The position numbers were made by a program, and so were the translations under genes. Under the pieces are notes generated by a model. The model was not told where the DNA came from, made no database searches, and saw nothing but the letters and a program-made list of their open reading frames with translations. Shown piece by piece: positions 1-15,119 of a stretch of DNA of 64,000 bases (positions within the stretch are counted from its first letter, which is position 1; the number at the start of each line of letters is the position of its first letter). This DNA comes from Octopus vulgaris (Eukaryota), in NCBI GenBank assembly GCA_951406725.2, contig OX597839.1:39866001-39930000 (forward strand), in the 5' to 3' direction.

Positions 1-36
1 TTGTGACAAAACTTGGAACCAACATACTATCGCTTG

Positions 37-650
37 AAGGCAGCGCGCTGGCGATACCGTTAGCACGCTAGATGAAATGCTTAGCGGTATTTCGTCTGCC
101 GTTACATTCTGAGTTCAAATTCCGCCGAGGTCGACTTTGCCTTTCATCCTTTCGGGGTCGATAAATTAAGTACCAGTTACGCACTGGGGTCTATATAATC
201 GACTTAATCCGTTTGTCTGCCCTTGTTTGTCCTCTCTGTGTTTAGCCCCTTGTGGGTAGTTAAGAAATAGGTATTTCGTCTCTCGCTACGTTCTGAGTTC
301 AAATTCCGCCGAGGTCGGCATTGCCTTTCATCCTTTCGCGGTCGATAATTTAAGTACCAGTTCCGTACTGAGTCGATCTAATCGACTAGCCCCTTCCCCA
401 AAAATTTTTGGCCTTGTGCCTATAGTAGAAAGGATATCGTTAGCACACCGGACAAAATGCTTAGCTGCATTACGTCCACCCTCACGTTCTGAGTTCAAAT
501 TCCATTGAGGATGACTTTGCTTTTCAGCCTTTCGAGGTTGATGAAATAATTACCAGCTGAGCCCTGGGGAATGAGTGGGGGGGGGGGTCCGTATAATTGA
601 TTTACCCCTCCTCCGAAATTGCTGGCCTTGTGCCAAAATTTGAAATTATT
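37..650 (+). mobile_element. SINE family A, tandem/composite copies
   Basis: B-box gagttcaaattcc and core gcctttcatcctttcggggtcgataaattaagtaccag occur three times. Confidence 0.85.
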
Positions 651-1156
651 ATACTATAGCCTGGCTGTGCATTGGAATTAAACCGTATGTTTCACGCTGA
701 TGAGTTTTGAAGATTACACGTATCAAAGACGACGAGAATAATTTAACAGATGAAACAGTTTTTGAATATGTGTTGCATGACCTGTTGTATGGCTTCGTTA
801 TTGGGTTGATACAATATGATCAAAGCGAAACAGTGTTCCATTGACCTGATGTTAATCAGGGTCTTACAAATAATAATGTTCCAGTTTATGAAGAAGTGAT
901 TAAATCTGGTGGTGATACTTTTTCAGAATGACTGTACTCGCTTGCTGAACGAAAACCAATCAATCGCATATGAACATCGAAAATTTATCCAAATAAAATA
1001 AAAAGAGGAAGAAAGGAATGAGGAAAGAAGAGTATTTTCGCTTTAGCCTCAAGCATGAACGTGTGGTAAGAAGCTTGCTTACCAGCTAACTGGTTTCGGA
1101 TTCAGTAGAACTGCGTGGCATTTTGGCCAAGTGTCTTCTACTATAAACCCAGGGCG

Positions 1157-1218
<62 letters not shown>

Positions 1219-1222
<4 letters not shown>

Positions 1223-1801
1223 AGATAAGGGCACAAGAAAAATTTTTCTTCTGCCCTTATCTTGTAAATTATGTATAAATTTTACATTTAAAGGCATTTT
1301 TTGATATGCTGGCCATTGATAAAGTTTTTTTCCCGAAAAATTTTTATCCTATATTAATTATAAATAGATTAGTGTTCACTTCCGGATTCTATCACTCTGT
1401 GAAAGTTTCTAGTTCGAATCACACGTGTCTCGAGGTGCACCGAAGATTTTTCTATTTTAGATATATTTGGGGTACTTAAGTCTGCCCAGGACTTAGTGCT
1501 TGCTTTTTCCATGGGTATGAGTAAGTATTTCATTTATATCTCGCGTATTTGCCGCTGAAGAGGGGAAGATTTCTTATGAATTAACCCCGGAATTGGACCA
1601 ATACGGTAATAACGAATTTTTTAGAGATTTCTATCGGTTTGTTTCGAGACACATAAATTATAATGGTTATCGACAAGTTTTTTGTTTCGGCATATTTGGC
1701 ATTAGAATTTTTCTTCTGCCCTTATCTTGTAAATTATGTATAAATTTTATCTTTAAAGGTCATTGATAAAATTTTTTTCCCGAAAAAAATTTTATCCCAT
1801 A

Positions 1802-1810
<9 letters not shown>
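1219..1810 (+). mobile_element. Non-autonomous HHR-bearing cassette with direct terminal repeats and a fold-back 5' tip, in (TA)n
   Basis: ~1240-1362 is repeated at ~1706-1810. Hairpin tacaagataagggcacaagaaaaa/tttttcttctgcccttatcttgta at 1219-1266. HHR at 1549-1609. Confidence 0.7.
1549..1609 (+). ncRNA. Type-I hammerhead fold (GAAA>GGAA, probably inactive copy)
   Basis: ttgccg-CTGAAGA-gggg...cccc-GGAA-ttgg(a)ccaa-TA-cggtaa. Confidence 0.75.
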
Positions 1811-1846
<36 letters not shown>

Positions 1847-2778
1847 TTTTGTACGACTCTCTTATTCTTTCATTCTTTCATTCATTTTTTCTTTCTTTCG
1901 TTCCCCCTCTCTCACATTTCCTGGCCTTCCTTTCATTATTACCCCCCCCTCTTTCACTTCACTCTATTCCTTTTCTTTTTTCTCGTCCCTCCCTAATTCT
2001 TCTAGCCCTCTGCCTCAACCTCTCTTCTCTCCTTCCACGTGACCGGCGTTCAGCCAAGCCTGACCTTTCTTTCTTGGTTCGACTACCATCCGCGCAACAT
2101 CTGTATTCCTTCCCATGACTGTTATCTCTTATGTCCCTTCCGCAAGGCTTTACTTCCATACACACCAGCTTAATTTAATTCGTCCTTAGTCGAAAGACAC
2201 CTGTTGTTATGTCCTGTTTTTGCATTTGTATTTGTGTAACATTTCTCCGTTTTTTCCATCTTTGGTTTCATATACATTCGCTACTTTCTTCCAAGACATC
2301 TAGTGCTCTTAGATTAGATTTTCCTTGGGGGCTGGCTAGATTGGAGCAGTCCCGAGTATAACCAGCCTAAACTGCAAAGATGATCTGGAACTCGACTGAC
2401 GAAATAAAACTCCGAATGACACGTCCTTGTCCCTTTTTTGTATCATCTAACTGCCTCGATGTTTTCGTTCTTGTCCCATCTTTTGTTTTCTTTTTTTTAT
2501 ATACATTAAGCGGCGTACGTACACTTTGGTTTCTCATATATATATATATTGGAATATTTATGTCCTCGTAACTTAGCGGTTCAGCTATAAAACCTCATAG
2601 AATAAGTACAAGATTTACAAAGTATAAGTCTCGAGGTCGATTTCTTCGACTAACACAATTTAAGGCGGTGCTCCAGATTGGCCGTGATTAAATGGCTGCA
2701 ACAAAGAAACGAACAAAAGAATGTATACATGCGTACAGGCACACGTACGAGTATACATACATACATACATACATACAT

Positions 2779-2811
<33 letters not shown>

Positions 2812-2881
2812 TACATACATACATACATACATACATACATACATACACACACACACATACATACATACATACATACATACA

Positions 2882-2915
<34 letters not shown>

Positions 2916-3179
2916 CATACATACATGAATACATACACTTTAAATGTCTGTGTCCATGTAAGTTTTGACATGTATATGTTCGTGTGAATGTATATATTTT
3001 GTTTACACCTTGAAAGGAAGCAATTGACAACGCCGAGATCTATTTACGTATCTAAAATACACACAGACATGTTGTAGAATAAATTTTGGAGGGAATCGCC
3101 ATTAATATTAGAAAGACAGTTCCTGCTATCGCTATTCCTGGACAATTTCCTGAGAACACCCGCGGTTCTTTGGAGAACA

Positions 3180-3224
<45 letters not shown>

Positions 3225-3312
3225 GGGAGATAAAGGGAGAGGTGTACATAGAAATATAGAAGTATATACAGACATATACGCGCATCTATCTATCTACCAA
3301 TTTATTTATATG

Positions 3313-3363
<51 letters not shown>

Positions 3364-3368
3364 GTCTC

Positions 3369-3437
<69 letters not shown>

Positions 3438-4090
3438 CTCTCTCATATATATATTTATATTCATTTACATGATTACATATATCTATGTGTCTATGCTTGC
3501 ATAAGCATTTGTATGAATGTATGTATGCAAGCTTGTATGTATGTATGTATGTGCGTAGTTATGTAAGTATGCATGTATGTATTCGAAAATTGCTTACTTT
3601 GCACGTTCGGCTAAGCTAATTTGCATATCGCCATACTGGCATATCAGCAACCGTTAACAATTCCACATCTACCTTAGAGTGTTTTATGTCAAAGTTATAT
3701 TAAAGGAGTTGTCAAGTTGCCACATTCACGCGCATTTGCAGCTTGCCCACGTGTTAAACGTAACAGCCGTTTATGGCTATATATCTATAAGCCATTATTA
3801 TCATCTGCCGAAAGACGTGTTTAAGAGAAACCTGTCATGGCCGAACAGATTTCAAGCTGTTTTACAGCTGGGTCTTGTATTCGTGTTTTCATTTTATTCA
3901 TTCGTTTATTCTTTTATTCTCGTATTTATTTGTTTACTTGAGTTTCTTATTTGTTGCAGATTGTTCACTCCGTGGTTACAACGTACATCGTTTAATTATA
4001 TAAGCATAATGCAGCATTCAAATGTATAAAAAGCTCGTGTTATGTCTATCAAGCTATAACTGTTTATATAATGTGCACATACATTCATGC

Positions 4091-4092
<2 letters not shown>

Positions 4093-4144
<52 letters not shown>

Positions 4145-4165
4145 TCATATATATATATATATACA

Positions 4166-4216
<51 letters not shown>

Positions 4217-4233
4217 TTATATATATATATACA

Positions 4234-4325
<92 letters not shown>

Positions 4326-4470
4326 CATACATTTATTTATATATATATACACATTATATATATATACATTATATATATATATACATATATATACATATTT
4401 ATATATATATACATATTTATATATATATATACATATTTATATATATATACATGTTTATATATATACACAT

Positions 4471-4542
<72 letters not shown>

Positions 4543-4550
4543 TTATAATA
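4093..4550. repeat. Long interrupted (TA)n microsatellite (one of dozens in the window)
   Basis: Seen directly. Confidence 0.95.
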
Positions 4551-5227
4551 TATGATGCACACATTATGCATATAGTTATGAGCACATGCACACATGCATA
4601 TATGTTTCTGCACAATCATACTTCAATACACAGAATGTACGTGCATATGCATGTAAGATTTGAGTTATACGTATTTTGCGCATGCGCATGGGTATGCCTC
4701 CGTGTAGTTACGTGTGGTCTTATGAATATGTGAAGACATAAATTTAATTGTACATGCGTATTGATACCGGCATATGTCTTTGCATACACAATACATATAC
4801 ATGCAGTATATATATATGTGTATATATGTTTTTATGCATGGTGTATTCTACACTGTAATTGCTCCCTATGCTCAAATAACTGTCAAGCTCACCCATTCAT
4901 TATAAATCTCTCTTAAACCAGCATCTTTAGTTTTGTCCGAAATTTTATATATTTTTTTTTTGTAATTCATTATTTGTTTCTGACATTTTGCTTTTATTAA
5001 ATTCATGCAGCAAATGTCATTGTTTATTAGCGTAAAACAAAAAAAAAAAGAACCAAACAAACAAAAACAACAAAAAACAAAAAAAAAAAAATAGAAAAAG
5101 AAAAAAAAAACAACTCCACAAATCCAAACAATACAAAATATAATAATTATATAACATGCTAAAAGAATATCACTGATAATAAATAATATATTCGTTAAAA
5201 ATACTATAACAATAGCAATAATAATAA

Positions 5228-5311
<84 letters not shown>

Positions 5312-5313
5312 TA

Positions 5314-5362
<49 letters not shown>

Positions 5363-5427
5363 TAATAATAGTAATAATAATAATAATAATGATAATAATA
5401 ATAATAATAACAATAATGTATGATGAT

Positions 5428-5564
5428 TTCAAATTTCGGTAGGAAGCCAGCAAGATCGGGGTATGAGGTAAATCGCCGACATCAACCCCAGTGCTCAACT
5501 GGTACATACTTTATGAACCCCGAAAGGATAAAAAGCGAAGTTGGCCTCGGCGGAATTATTATTA

Positions 5565-5631
<67 letters not shown>

Positions 5632-5676
5632 GAATAAAAATAAAAATTAATAATAATAATAATAATGATGATGATG

Positions 5677-5752
<76 letters not shown>

Positions 5753-5955
5753 TAATAATAACCCTTTCTACTAAAGCACAATGCCTGCATTTCTAAGGAG
5801 GAGACCCCATTCTTTCGCTGATACTTATTTTATCGACCCTGAAAGGATGAAAGGAAATGTCGATCTCGGTGGAATTTCAACTCAGAACAAAAAGACAGAC
5901 GAAATACCGCTAAATATTTCGTCCAGCGTGCTAACGATTCTACCAGCTCATCTCC

Positions 5956-5994
<39 letters not shown>

Positions 5995-6210
5995 GCAATA
6001 ATAATGGTTTCAAATTTTGCCAAAAGGGCAGCAGTTTTTGGTAAGGGGATGAGTCGCTTACATTGACACCAGTGTTCAACTGGTATTTTATTTATCGAAC
6101 CCGAAAAGGTGAAAGGCAAATTCGACCTCGGTGGAATTTGAACTCAGACAGACGAAATGCCGCTAAATATTTTGTCCAGCGTGCTAACGTTTCTACCAGC
6201 TCGTCGCCTG
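5428..6210 (-). mobile_element. Three partial SINE family A copies separated by (TAA)n
   Basis: Reverse-complement family A cores at ~5500, ~5830 and ~6090. Confidence 0.75.
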
Positions 6211-6217
6211 AATAATG

Positions 6218-6272
<55 letters not shown>

Positions 6273-6280
6273 TAATAATG

Positions 6281-6317
<37 letters not shown>

Positions 6318-6899
6318 TAACAATAATAATAATAATAGAAAATGGGGTTTAAAAAAAATAAGAATCCAAAAAGTTTCTTGTTTCGAATTAAAACCGTATA
6401 ATTATCGCATATTTCACAGATTTACAGCTCTTGTCAACCCACTCGCACTAATAAAGCTATTGACATGGATAAACGTTTGGTTTGATATTATCCCTATTAT
6501 CTTCATTGCTATTTAGCCATTTATGAAGAGACACATACATGCATATACGCACGCGCGCATACACACGTAACTATATATATATGTACGTGTTGTATACATA
6601 CATGCATTCATACATGTAGATGAATATATACAGACATACATATTTATATACATATATATATATATATGTATGTATATATATATATATATACATGCATACA
6701 CATATGTGTTGGGGGAGTAATTTTGTGTCCGCCTGTATAAAATGAATATGTATACATATATTAATATATATAACAAATGTGCATATGCTTGTATACAAAC
6801 ACAGACATATATGTACGTATGTATGCATATACATGCATATATTTGTGTATATATGTATATGTGCATATATATATATGTATGTATATATGTACATATAGA

Positions 6900-6938
<39 letters not shown>

Positions 6939-7629
6939 GCATACATACACACATACATACACACACATAATCATCGTTAATTTATGACGTTAATTTATAA
7001 ACGATTTAATCTAATCTGCTATAAAGTTGTTCGGTCAGAGTGTTACTCGGAAATTTGAAGACGGAAGAGGAGGAAGAGGAAGCCAGCAATTATCAGATAC
7101 ACAAACAAATAAAATAAAACAAAAATAAAATGAAATAAAATAAAATAAAATAATGTTTAAAAACTCTATAATAAACTACGGGAAAAAGAAACAGCGAAAA
7201 TGAAACTAAAATTATTTTTAAATACAAACCGACAAAAAACTAACAGTCATACGACTCAAGTTTTATGTGAAATATGGCGGACATGCCGTGTGAAATTATG
7301 TTTGGAAGGGATTAAAATAATCGGGAGAATGGCTTAAGTAAATCAATGTTTTAAATGCATTTATGTGAATCTCCTAAATATAGTAGTGGTAACTAAGACC
7401 ATTTTCTGTAATCTGAAAAGATAAACTTTGATATATTTATATCTGAAGAATATTTTTAAATGTTATCTGATTTGTTTGATTAAAAGGGGTTTTCGGCTTA
7501 CAAATACATGAGCTGTGTGTGTGTATGTGCGTTGCTGTGCTTGTATAAGCATCTGTGTGTGTGTTTGCGCGTGGGTTGTAAGTGTATGTGTGAAATTATG
7601 AACACACATTTAATATAACTGAGCTTGGC

Positions 7630-7676
<47 letters not shown>

Positions 7677-7988
7677 ATTCCTTCTAGAAACTATCTTAAG
7701 TATATCCTTGAGAACGATTATTTATGTAATCTTTTGTGCCCAATATTTTAAGAACTTGTTGAACTTTTTTATATCCTTAATATGTCCCTGTTACCAAAGA
7801 CTGTATATATGTAACGTAGCAATTTGCAACAGCCAATAATTAACGCAACCAAACTTCTACATGTTACTTTTGACTATCTTTTTCCAAAGAGTGAAACCGG
7901 TAAAGTAAATAAACATCTTTTAAATTGCATTTTCAAACCTTCTTTCGTATATAATTCCACTCGTGCGGTACCCCACAACTCAACTTTG

Positions 7989-8033
<45 letters not shown>

Positions 8034-8088
8034 ACGGCGGTACATCAGCATGGCCGCACCTCTGAGCTGAAACAAGACAAAAAAATAT

Positions 8089-8352
8089 GCGTAGGAGTGG
8101 CTGTGTGGTAAGTAGCTTGCTTACCAAGCACATGGTTACGGGGTCAGTCCCACTGCGTGGCACCTTGGGCAAGTGTCTCTTCTACTATTGCCTCGGGCCG
8201 ACCAAGGCCTTGTGAGTGGATTTTTGTGGACGGAAACTGAAAGAAGACCGTCGTATATATGTATATATATGTATGTGTGTTTGTATGTCTGTGTTTGTCC
8301 TCCCCAACATCGCTTGACAACCGATGCTGGTGTGTTTACGTCCCCGTAACTT
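8089..8352 (+). mobile_element. SINE family B (5' part)
   Basis: gtaggagtggctgtgtggtaagtagcttgctt...cccactgcgtggcaccttgggcaagtgtc. Confidence 0.8.
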
Positions 8353-8606
8353 ATATATATATATATTTTTTTTTTATATATACTTATATATAATGGCACC
8401 TAACTTTCTATAAGATATCGCATAATCCGTAAACTATGTTACCTTTCCACTACGAAGAAACAGCTGTAAGCAAATGACGCATTTACGTAACTCCTCTTCT
8501 GTCGTCTTCCAGTAACTAATATTACATTCTAACACTTTATGCGAAAGCAAATGTGTTTTGAGTTGTTACAATAAATTACTAGTATAGCTGTGTAAGCGAA
8601 TTCGTA

Positions 8607-8710
<104 letters not shown>

Positions 8711-8977
8711 ATGAGTGCATAATACATCTTTCAAGAGGAGGAACACAAAATATATACAAATATCAATAAGAGCTGTGTATATTAAAATGCTATTATTCGC
8801 AACCTTCATCTCTTTCGATTTCTACCAGCAAAAACGAATTACTTTACAACATTCGATGTTTTTAAACTCTTATGTCATAACATATGTGTTTTTTTTCTCC
8901 GTGTATATATATATACAGCTATACACATACACACACATATATATATATATATGTACAGCTATACACATACACACACA

Positions 8978-9084
<107 letters not shown>

Positions 9085-9148
9085 CACATACACTACACAG
9101 ACATATATATATATATATATATGTACAGCTATACACATACACACACAG

Positions 9149-9196
<48 letters not shown>

Positions 9197-9298
9197 GCTA
9201 CACACATACACACACAGACATATATATATATATATATATATATGTATACATATATACATAGATACATAGACGGAGAGGTAGAGAAAGTGAAAGAGAAC

Positions 9299-9338
<40 letters not shown>

Positions 9339-9513
9339 GGAAATTCACCAGTTGTAGAAAGTGGTCTTAGAAAGTTGGGATGCGTATATTACATCGTCAG
9401 GTTCAAATGGCCTCCAGACATAGATAACATTAATATCAGGTTTTTTCAAGTGTAAACTTGCATACCATAATAAAACACGCATACACATCCACCTAAGATA
9501 TATATATATACAT

Positions 9514-9551
<38 letters not shown>

Positions 9552-10198
9552 TCATAGGTGAACTTTGAGAGTCTCATCGCGTTTCGTTTTTAAGCTTCGA
9601 TATGAAATTCATCTGATTGGTGACATAACCAACGCTGCCTTATTTTGGTAAACCATTATCGATTCTCTAGAATAGACGGAGGGGGAAGGAAAAAAATAAT
9701 GGGAGAGATTCGAAGAATATAAAACTAGAAAGCAAGAAAACAGTGTAATGTGAAATGTACCAGTAAGTGCATCAGGTGTTTCGGTTAGAGCCGTTCACAT
9801 GAGGAAATACAGGACCATACATACATATATATATACGTACTTACTTGCTTATATATTCCTATACACTGAGGCACAAAATATTTGCATATATCTCTATATA
9901 TATATGTGTGTGTGTGTATTTGTGTGTGTGTGTGTATACACAGGCATTTGCATATGGATGTATTTAAGTCTATCTAGATGTACACACGATGACACAGTGT
10001 AACATATATACAGACGAATATATACACGCAAGGATTGTATATACACACACAAAACACATTTTTCTGTGTTTTAATATATTGCCATTTCAGTTTCCATTCA
10101 CGCCAACCACCATAATATTCTAGAAGTTTATACATACATACATACATACATGTATATGTACATACGTACATATATACATGAATAAATATATTTGTATA

Positions 10199-10261
<63 letters not shown>

Positions 10262-10270
<9 letters not shown>

Positions 10271-10666
10271 TAAATTAGAGATAAAACCACTATTAGGCAA
10301 ATCATACAATGAAAAACTTAAGCCAATAAATAAGATTATTTAATTTATATTATTTAAATATATATCAAAATTATTAAGAAAGAAATTTTGAGAATTGAAC
10401 AGCCATGAAACGATCGTAGTGTTATATTAATTATCTTTTTTTAATAATGGCCACAGCTCATTAGCTGAAACTGGAAAAATCAAAATCAATCAAAATCATT
10501 TAAATAATATAAATTAATTAATCTTATGTATTGGCTTAAGTTTTTCATTGTTTGATTTGCCTAATAGTGGTTTATCTCTAATTTAATATAATATAATATT
10601 TTACTATAGAATTGGATTCAATCCTAAATCTGATTTTTCCCTGTAAGTTTGGATTTATTCCCTAAT

Positions 10667-10736
<70 letters not shown>

Positions 10737-10891
10737 ATATGAGAGGTATTGGTATGTAGAAGACCCAAAGAGTGCCAGGTAACGCAAAGTAAGTGCTATG
10801 GACAGACCGTTGTTAAAGTCTTGGTTCGATAAAGATACGAGTGAGGAGTCTAATGTGGGTCTTGTATTATGTACATACATACATTCATACG

Positions 10892-10951
<60 letters not shown>

Positions 10952-11110
10952 ATTAGGGAATAAATCCAAACTTACAGGGAAAAATTAGATTTAGGATTAA
11001 ATCCAATTTTATAGTATAAATATATTATATTATATTAAATTAGAGATAAAACCACTATTAGGCAAATCAAACAGTGAAAAACATAAGCCAATACATAAAA
11101 TTAATTTAAA
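10262..11110. mobile_element. AT-rich repeat family in inverted copies inside (TA)n (probable PLE terminal-repeat fragments)
   Basis: tattatattaaattagagataaaaccactattaggcaaatc occurs at 10262 (+), ~10555-10595 (-) and ~11027 (+), and again at 56543-56765. A hammerhead 3' half GAAAcgatcgTA lies at ~10407-10418. Confidence 0.55.
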
Positions 11111-11393
11111 ATATAAAAGTTAAAGATAAAAAAATTATTTAAATAATTTAAACTAATGAATTTTATATATATATACAAATATATATATATATGTATGTAT
11201 ATTTTTATATTTATATATTATTTTATCTATTAATTAATTAATTAATTAATTATTACGGAGATGTACTCGCATAGCAAGTAATTTGATCTGAGATCGTGTG
11301 CTGAAACGAAAACAATTGCAGCGTGGAAGGTGTTTATAAGCCATTTAAGAAACACACAAAAGCCGTTCGATTCACTTGAACATTTAAGTTTAA

Positions 11394-11443
11394 TTTGTCA
11401 AAATATTTTCGTCGCTAAAATCCGCGACCTGTTCACTGACAAA
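11394..11443 (-). ncRNA. Type-I hammerhead fold with G3:C8 swapped core
   Basis: Minus strand reads tttgtca-GTGAACA-g-gtcgc(ggatttta)gcgac-GAAA-atat-TT-tgacaaa: 7-bp stem I, 5-bp stem II, palindromic stem III AATATT. Confidence 0.75.
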
Positions 11444-11533
11444 GTCCGTGCTGCATCACTAAATCTAATTAATCTAATTAATTATTTTTTTATATATATC
11501 AAAAGTATTAAAAGTTTAATAAAACATAAAGAG

Positions 11534-11564
<31 letters not shown>

Positions 11565-12580
11565 TAATCCCTCGACTATCGTGGGTGTTGCGTTCCAAAA
11601 CTAAAAAACAATATATACCCTATATATTACAACATATATAATTAATAGTAGCACAAGTAGTCTAGATATCAAAAGGCAATCTTTATATCCAACTTAACGT
11701 GGATGTTGTGTTAGAACCCAAGATACTTCGATATTTACCTTGAGAGGATTACCTCTTTAGACTCATGATGCTTAAAGCCAGACACATATAACCAAAAATA
11801 TATATATACCGTTGGTCAACTAGAATAATTTCTTACGTGTACCGTGATTTCGACGTACCTCATCTCCTCAGTGGCAGGCAACCAGCAGCCGCATACCAAC
11901 GAAATCTTACTGACAATTATGTATAAAATATCAGTGTCTTTACAGGCACTGATGTTGTATATAGCTAGCAGGTTAATTAAAAAGATAATTATTAATGACA
12001 GAAGCAGTATTAATACTATAAGGCGATCTTTATATCCAACTTAACGTGGATCTTTAGTAGGAACGTTGAATACTGCGCTATTTACTTTCAAAGAACCTTT
12101 CATACGGACGCATGACACACTCGCATTTATATTACTGATGGACAAGAACGTCTGCAACGGTTGCCGGAACAAACTGATCACGTTATTTCACCCTGCTTGG
12201 GCTCGTCAGTTGCAGGCGCCCGAAGCAGGGCGAAACTACGTCAACTGGCATTTAGAGCAGCCTTTGCAGGTTCTCGTTTGTCAATGACATAACATAATTA
12301 CACGTGCCTTTATACATCACAGGTTTATACGAGAGGTCCTCCCGGGGTAAATAACGGAGTACTTTGTGTTCTAAAACTACATCCACGTTAGCTAAACATT
12401 ACATTTTAATACATTCAGTGTGGTTAAAGGATACTGAAGCGTAAATCGTTGAACATCATACATTTGAAAGTTAATTTTATAATATATATATATATATATA
12501 TACATACATACAAATATATATATAGGAATATATGCATATATGTATGTATATATGTATATATGTATACGTACACACACACA

Positions 12581-12698
<118 letters not shown>

Positions 12699-13063
12699 CA
12701 GAATGACAAAGTTAGAAAGGAGGAAGGAAAGTTGGAGATAGAAAGAATGAGATTGAGAGGGAGAGAGTGAGATCGGGAGACAGGGAAAGACGGAGAGTTT
12801 TCTGGAAAAAAAAATGCATCGGTTGGAGAGAAACGTCAATGATATGGTAAATGAATAAAAGAAATGAAAAGAAAAAAAGAAAAAGAAAAAAAAAGAAAAA
12901 AAACCATTGGTTTCATTGATCCATTCTGAAGAATATCCATTCCGTTGGTGCCATGCCAACTTTGACACTTCAAAATAGAAGAAAACGCCTCTGTCGGTCA
13001 CATTTTTTTTCAAATTGGCTTTTATTAAATTATTCCTACTGTACACAAGGTGTTTTCAGTCAG

Positions 13064-13104
<41 letters not shown>

Positions 13105-13663
13105 TCACACACATACACACACACACACACTCACACACGCACGCACACACACACATACCATACACACACATACATGAATATATATCATGTATACATATAT
13201 ATATATGTGTGTATGTGCATGTGTGCATATACATGTTTGTGCGTATATTTGTGTATATATGTGTGTATGTATTTGCATATATAACACGCACACACACACA
13301 CACACGTGCGCCAGGAGCGGTAGGTGAGATAGATAGATAGATAGATAGAGAGGGAGAGAGAGAGAGAAAGAGAGATGCATAGACATATGTATATAGATGT
13401 GTATATGCATGTATGCATCTGTGTGTATGTGTTTGTGTGTGCGTGTGTGTAAATAGATGAGAGACAGAGTCTGAGTTCTGTATGTGTGTGTGTGTGTGTG
13501 TGTTCTCTGTATTTGGTGGGATTGGATTCTTTCGAACGCTCCATGGGATTGGTGAATATCCTTTCTTCTTTCATCACCTCTCACTCCATCCTCCTTCTGT
13601 CAGTCAATCAGTCTGTCTCCCCCCTCTCTCCTTAGCACCCGTTCCTCATCTAAGAACTCATAA

Positions 13664-13707
<44 letters not shown>

Positions 13708-14489
13708 AGTTTCCTTATCCTCGTTTCAACTTCTCACTTGATCACTTCCAGCTGTTCCATATATTATTTGCACTCCCACTACACATTATTTCCATAAACT
13801 ACTAATGACCCCCAGGTGTTCAATTTACTGTTAACCCTCCACCCTTTACTAATTCTTTCTACTATTGGTACAAGGCCCCAAATTCTTGGGAGTGAATGTT
13901 AGTCATTTACATTAACCCCATTGTTGAACTGGTACTTACTTTATCGACCCCGAAAGGATGAAAGGCAAAATCGATCTTGACGGAGTTTGAACTCAGAACG
14001 CAAAGAATTGCAACCCTCTCTCCCCTAATAACTCAACATTTTGGTGAATGCCCCCAAGATATTCTACTTAATGGGTACCTACTTCCCTCTGTTTAAAATG
14101 TATTCTTTCTGATCATCCTCTTTCGCGCTTCTCTCTGTCTCTGCATCCCTCTTTCTCTCTCTCTCTCTCTCTCTCTGTATTTTCCCTGTCTATGTTGCTA
14201 TCGTGGAGGCACATGGCCTAGTGATTAGAGCAGCGGACTCGCGGTCGAGGGATCGCGGGTTCGAATCTCAGACCGGGCCCATGTGTGTGTTTATGAGCGA
14301 AAACATCTCAGCTCGGGAGATGCTTACGGAAAGGAAATGTGCGATAGTAGTAGTAGTAGTAGACGTAGTAGTAGTAGTGGTAAGAGGAGGAGAAGGCGGT
14401 CGAGGAAGAGCGGTGGTGGTAGTAGTAGCAGCAATAGTGTTTTATCAGCCCAACTGTAATATCATCAGTGACAATATTTCATGTGTGGT

Positions 14490-14980
14490 AAGGCGGCAAG
14501 CTGGCAGAAACGTTACCACACAATGCGAAATGTTTAGCGGTATTTCGTCTGTCTTTATGTTCTGAGTTCAAATTCCGCCGAGGCCGACTTTGCTTTTCAT
14601 CCTTTCAGGGACGATAAATTAAGCACTGTTTGCGTACTGGGGTCGATCTAATCGACTGGCTCCACTCCCCAAAAATTTCGTGTCTTGTGCCTAGAGTAGA
14701 ATAAGATATTTGATGTGTGTCAGGAGGCGAGCTGGCAGAAACGTTAGCACGCCGGGCAAATTGCTTAGCGATATTTCGTCTGATCGCTACGTTCTGAGTT
14801 CCAATTCCGCCGAGGTCGACTTTGCCTTTCATCTTTTCGGGGTCGCTTAAATAACTACCAGTTACGCACTGGGGTCAATGTAATCGACTTAATCCGTTTG
14901 TCTGTCCTTGTTTGTCCCCTCTATGTGTAGCCCCTTGCGGGCAGTAAAGAAATAAGAAACATTAGCACGCTGGCAGAATA
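14490..14980 (+). mobile_element. Two SINE family A copies
   Basis: Heads aggcggcaagctggcagaaacgtt (~14490) and aggaggcgagctggcagaaacgtt (~14722). Confidence 0.85.
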
Positions 14981-15119
14981 GGCGTTCGAATTTAAATTTT
15001 CAATCCGGCGTGTATTTATTTAGGTTTTTTTTTTTCAAGGTGACTTTCATTTTATTTATAAAGTCATCTTTCCATGCTTAGGATTTAATTTCTTCTGAGG
15101 ATTACAGACAATTCATTAA

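Noticed and set aside
694-750. CTGATGA followed by a plausible stem II
   Set aside because: GAAA is replaced by GACG and stems I and III do not close convincingly. At best a decayed HHR.
4071-4733. Long ORFs of YI, HT, VC, poly-I, poly-V or poly-S type throughout the window (e.g. the 509-aa ORF at 51215)
   Set aside because: They are translations of stop-free microsatellites with no domain content.
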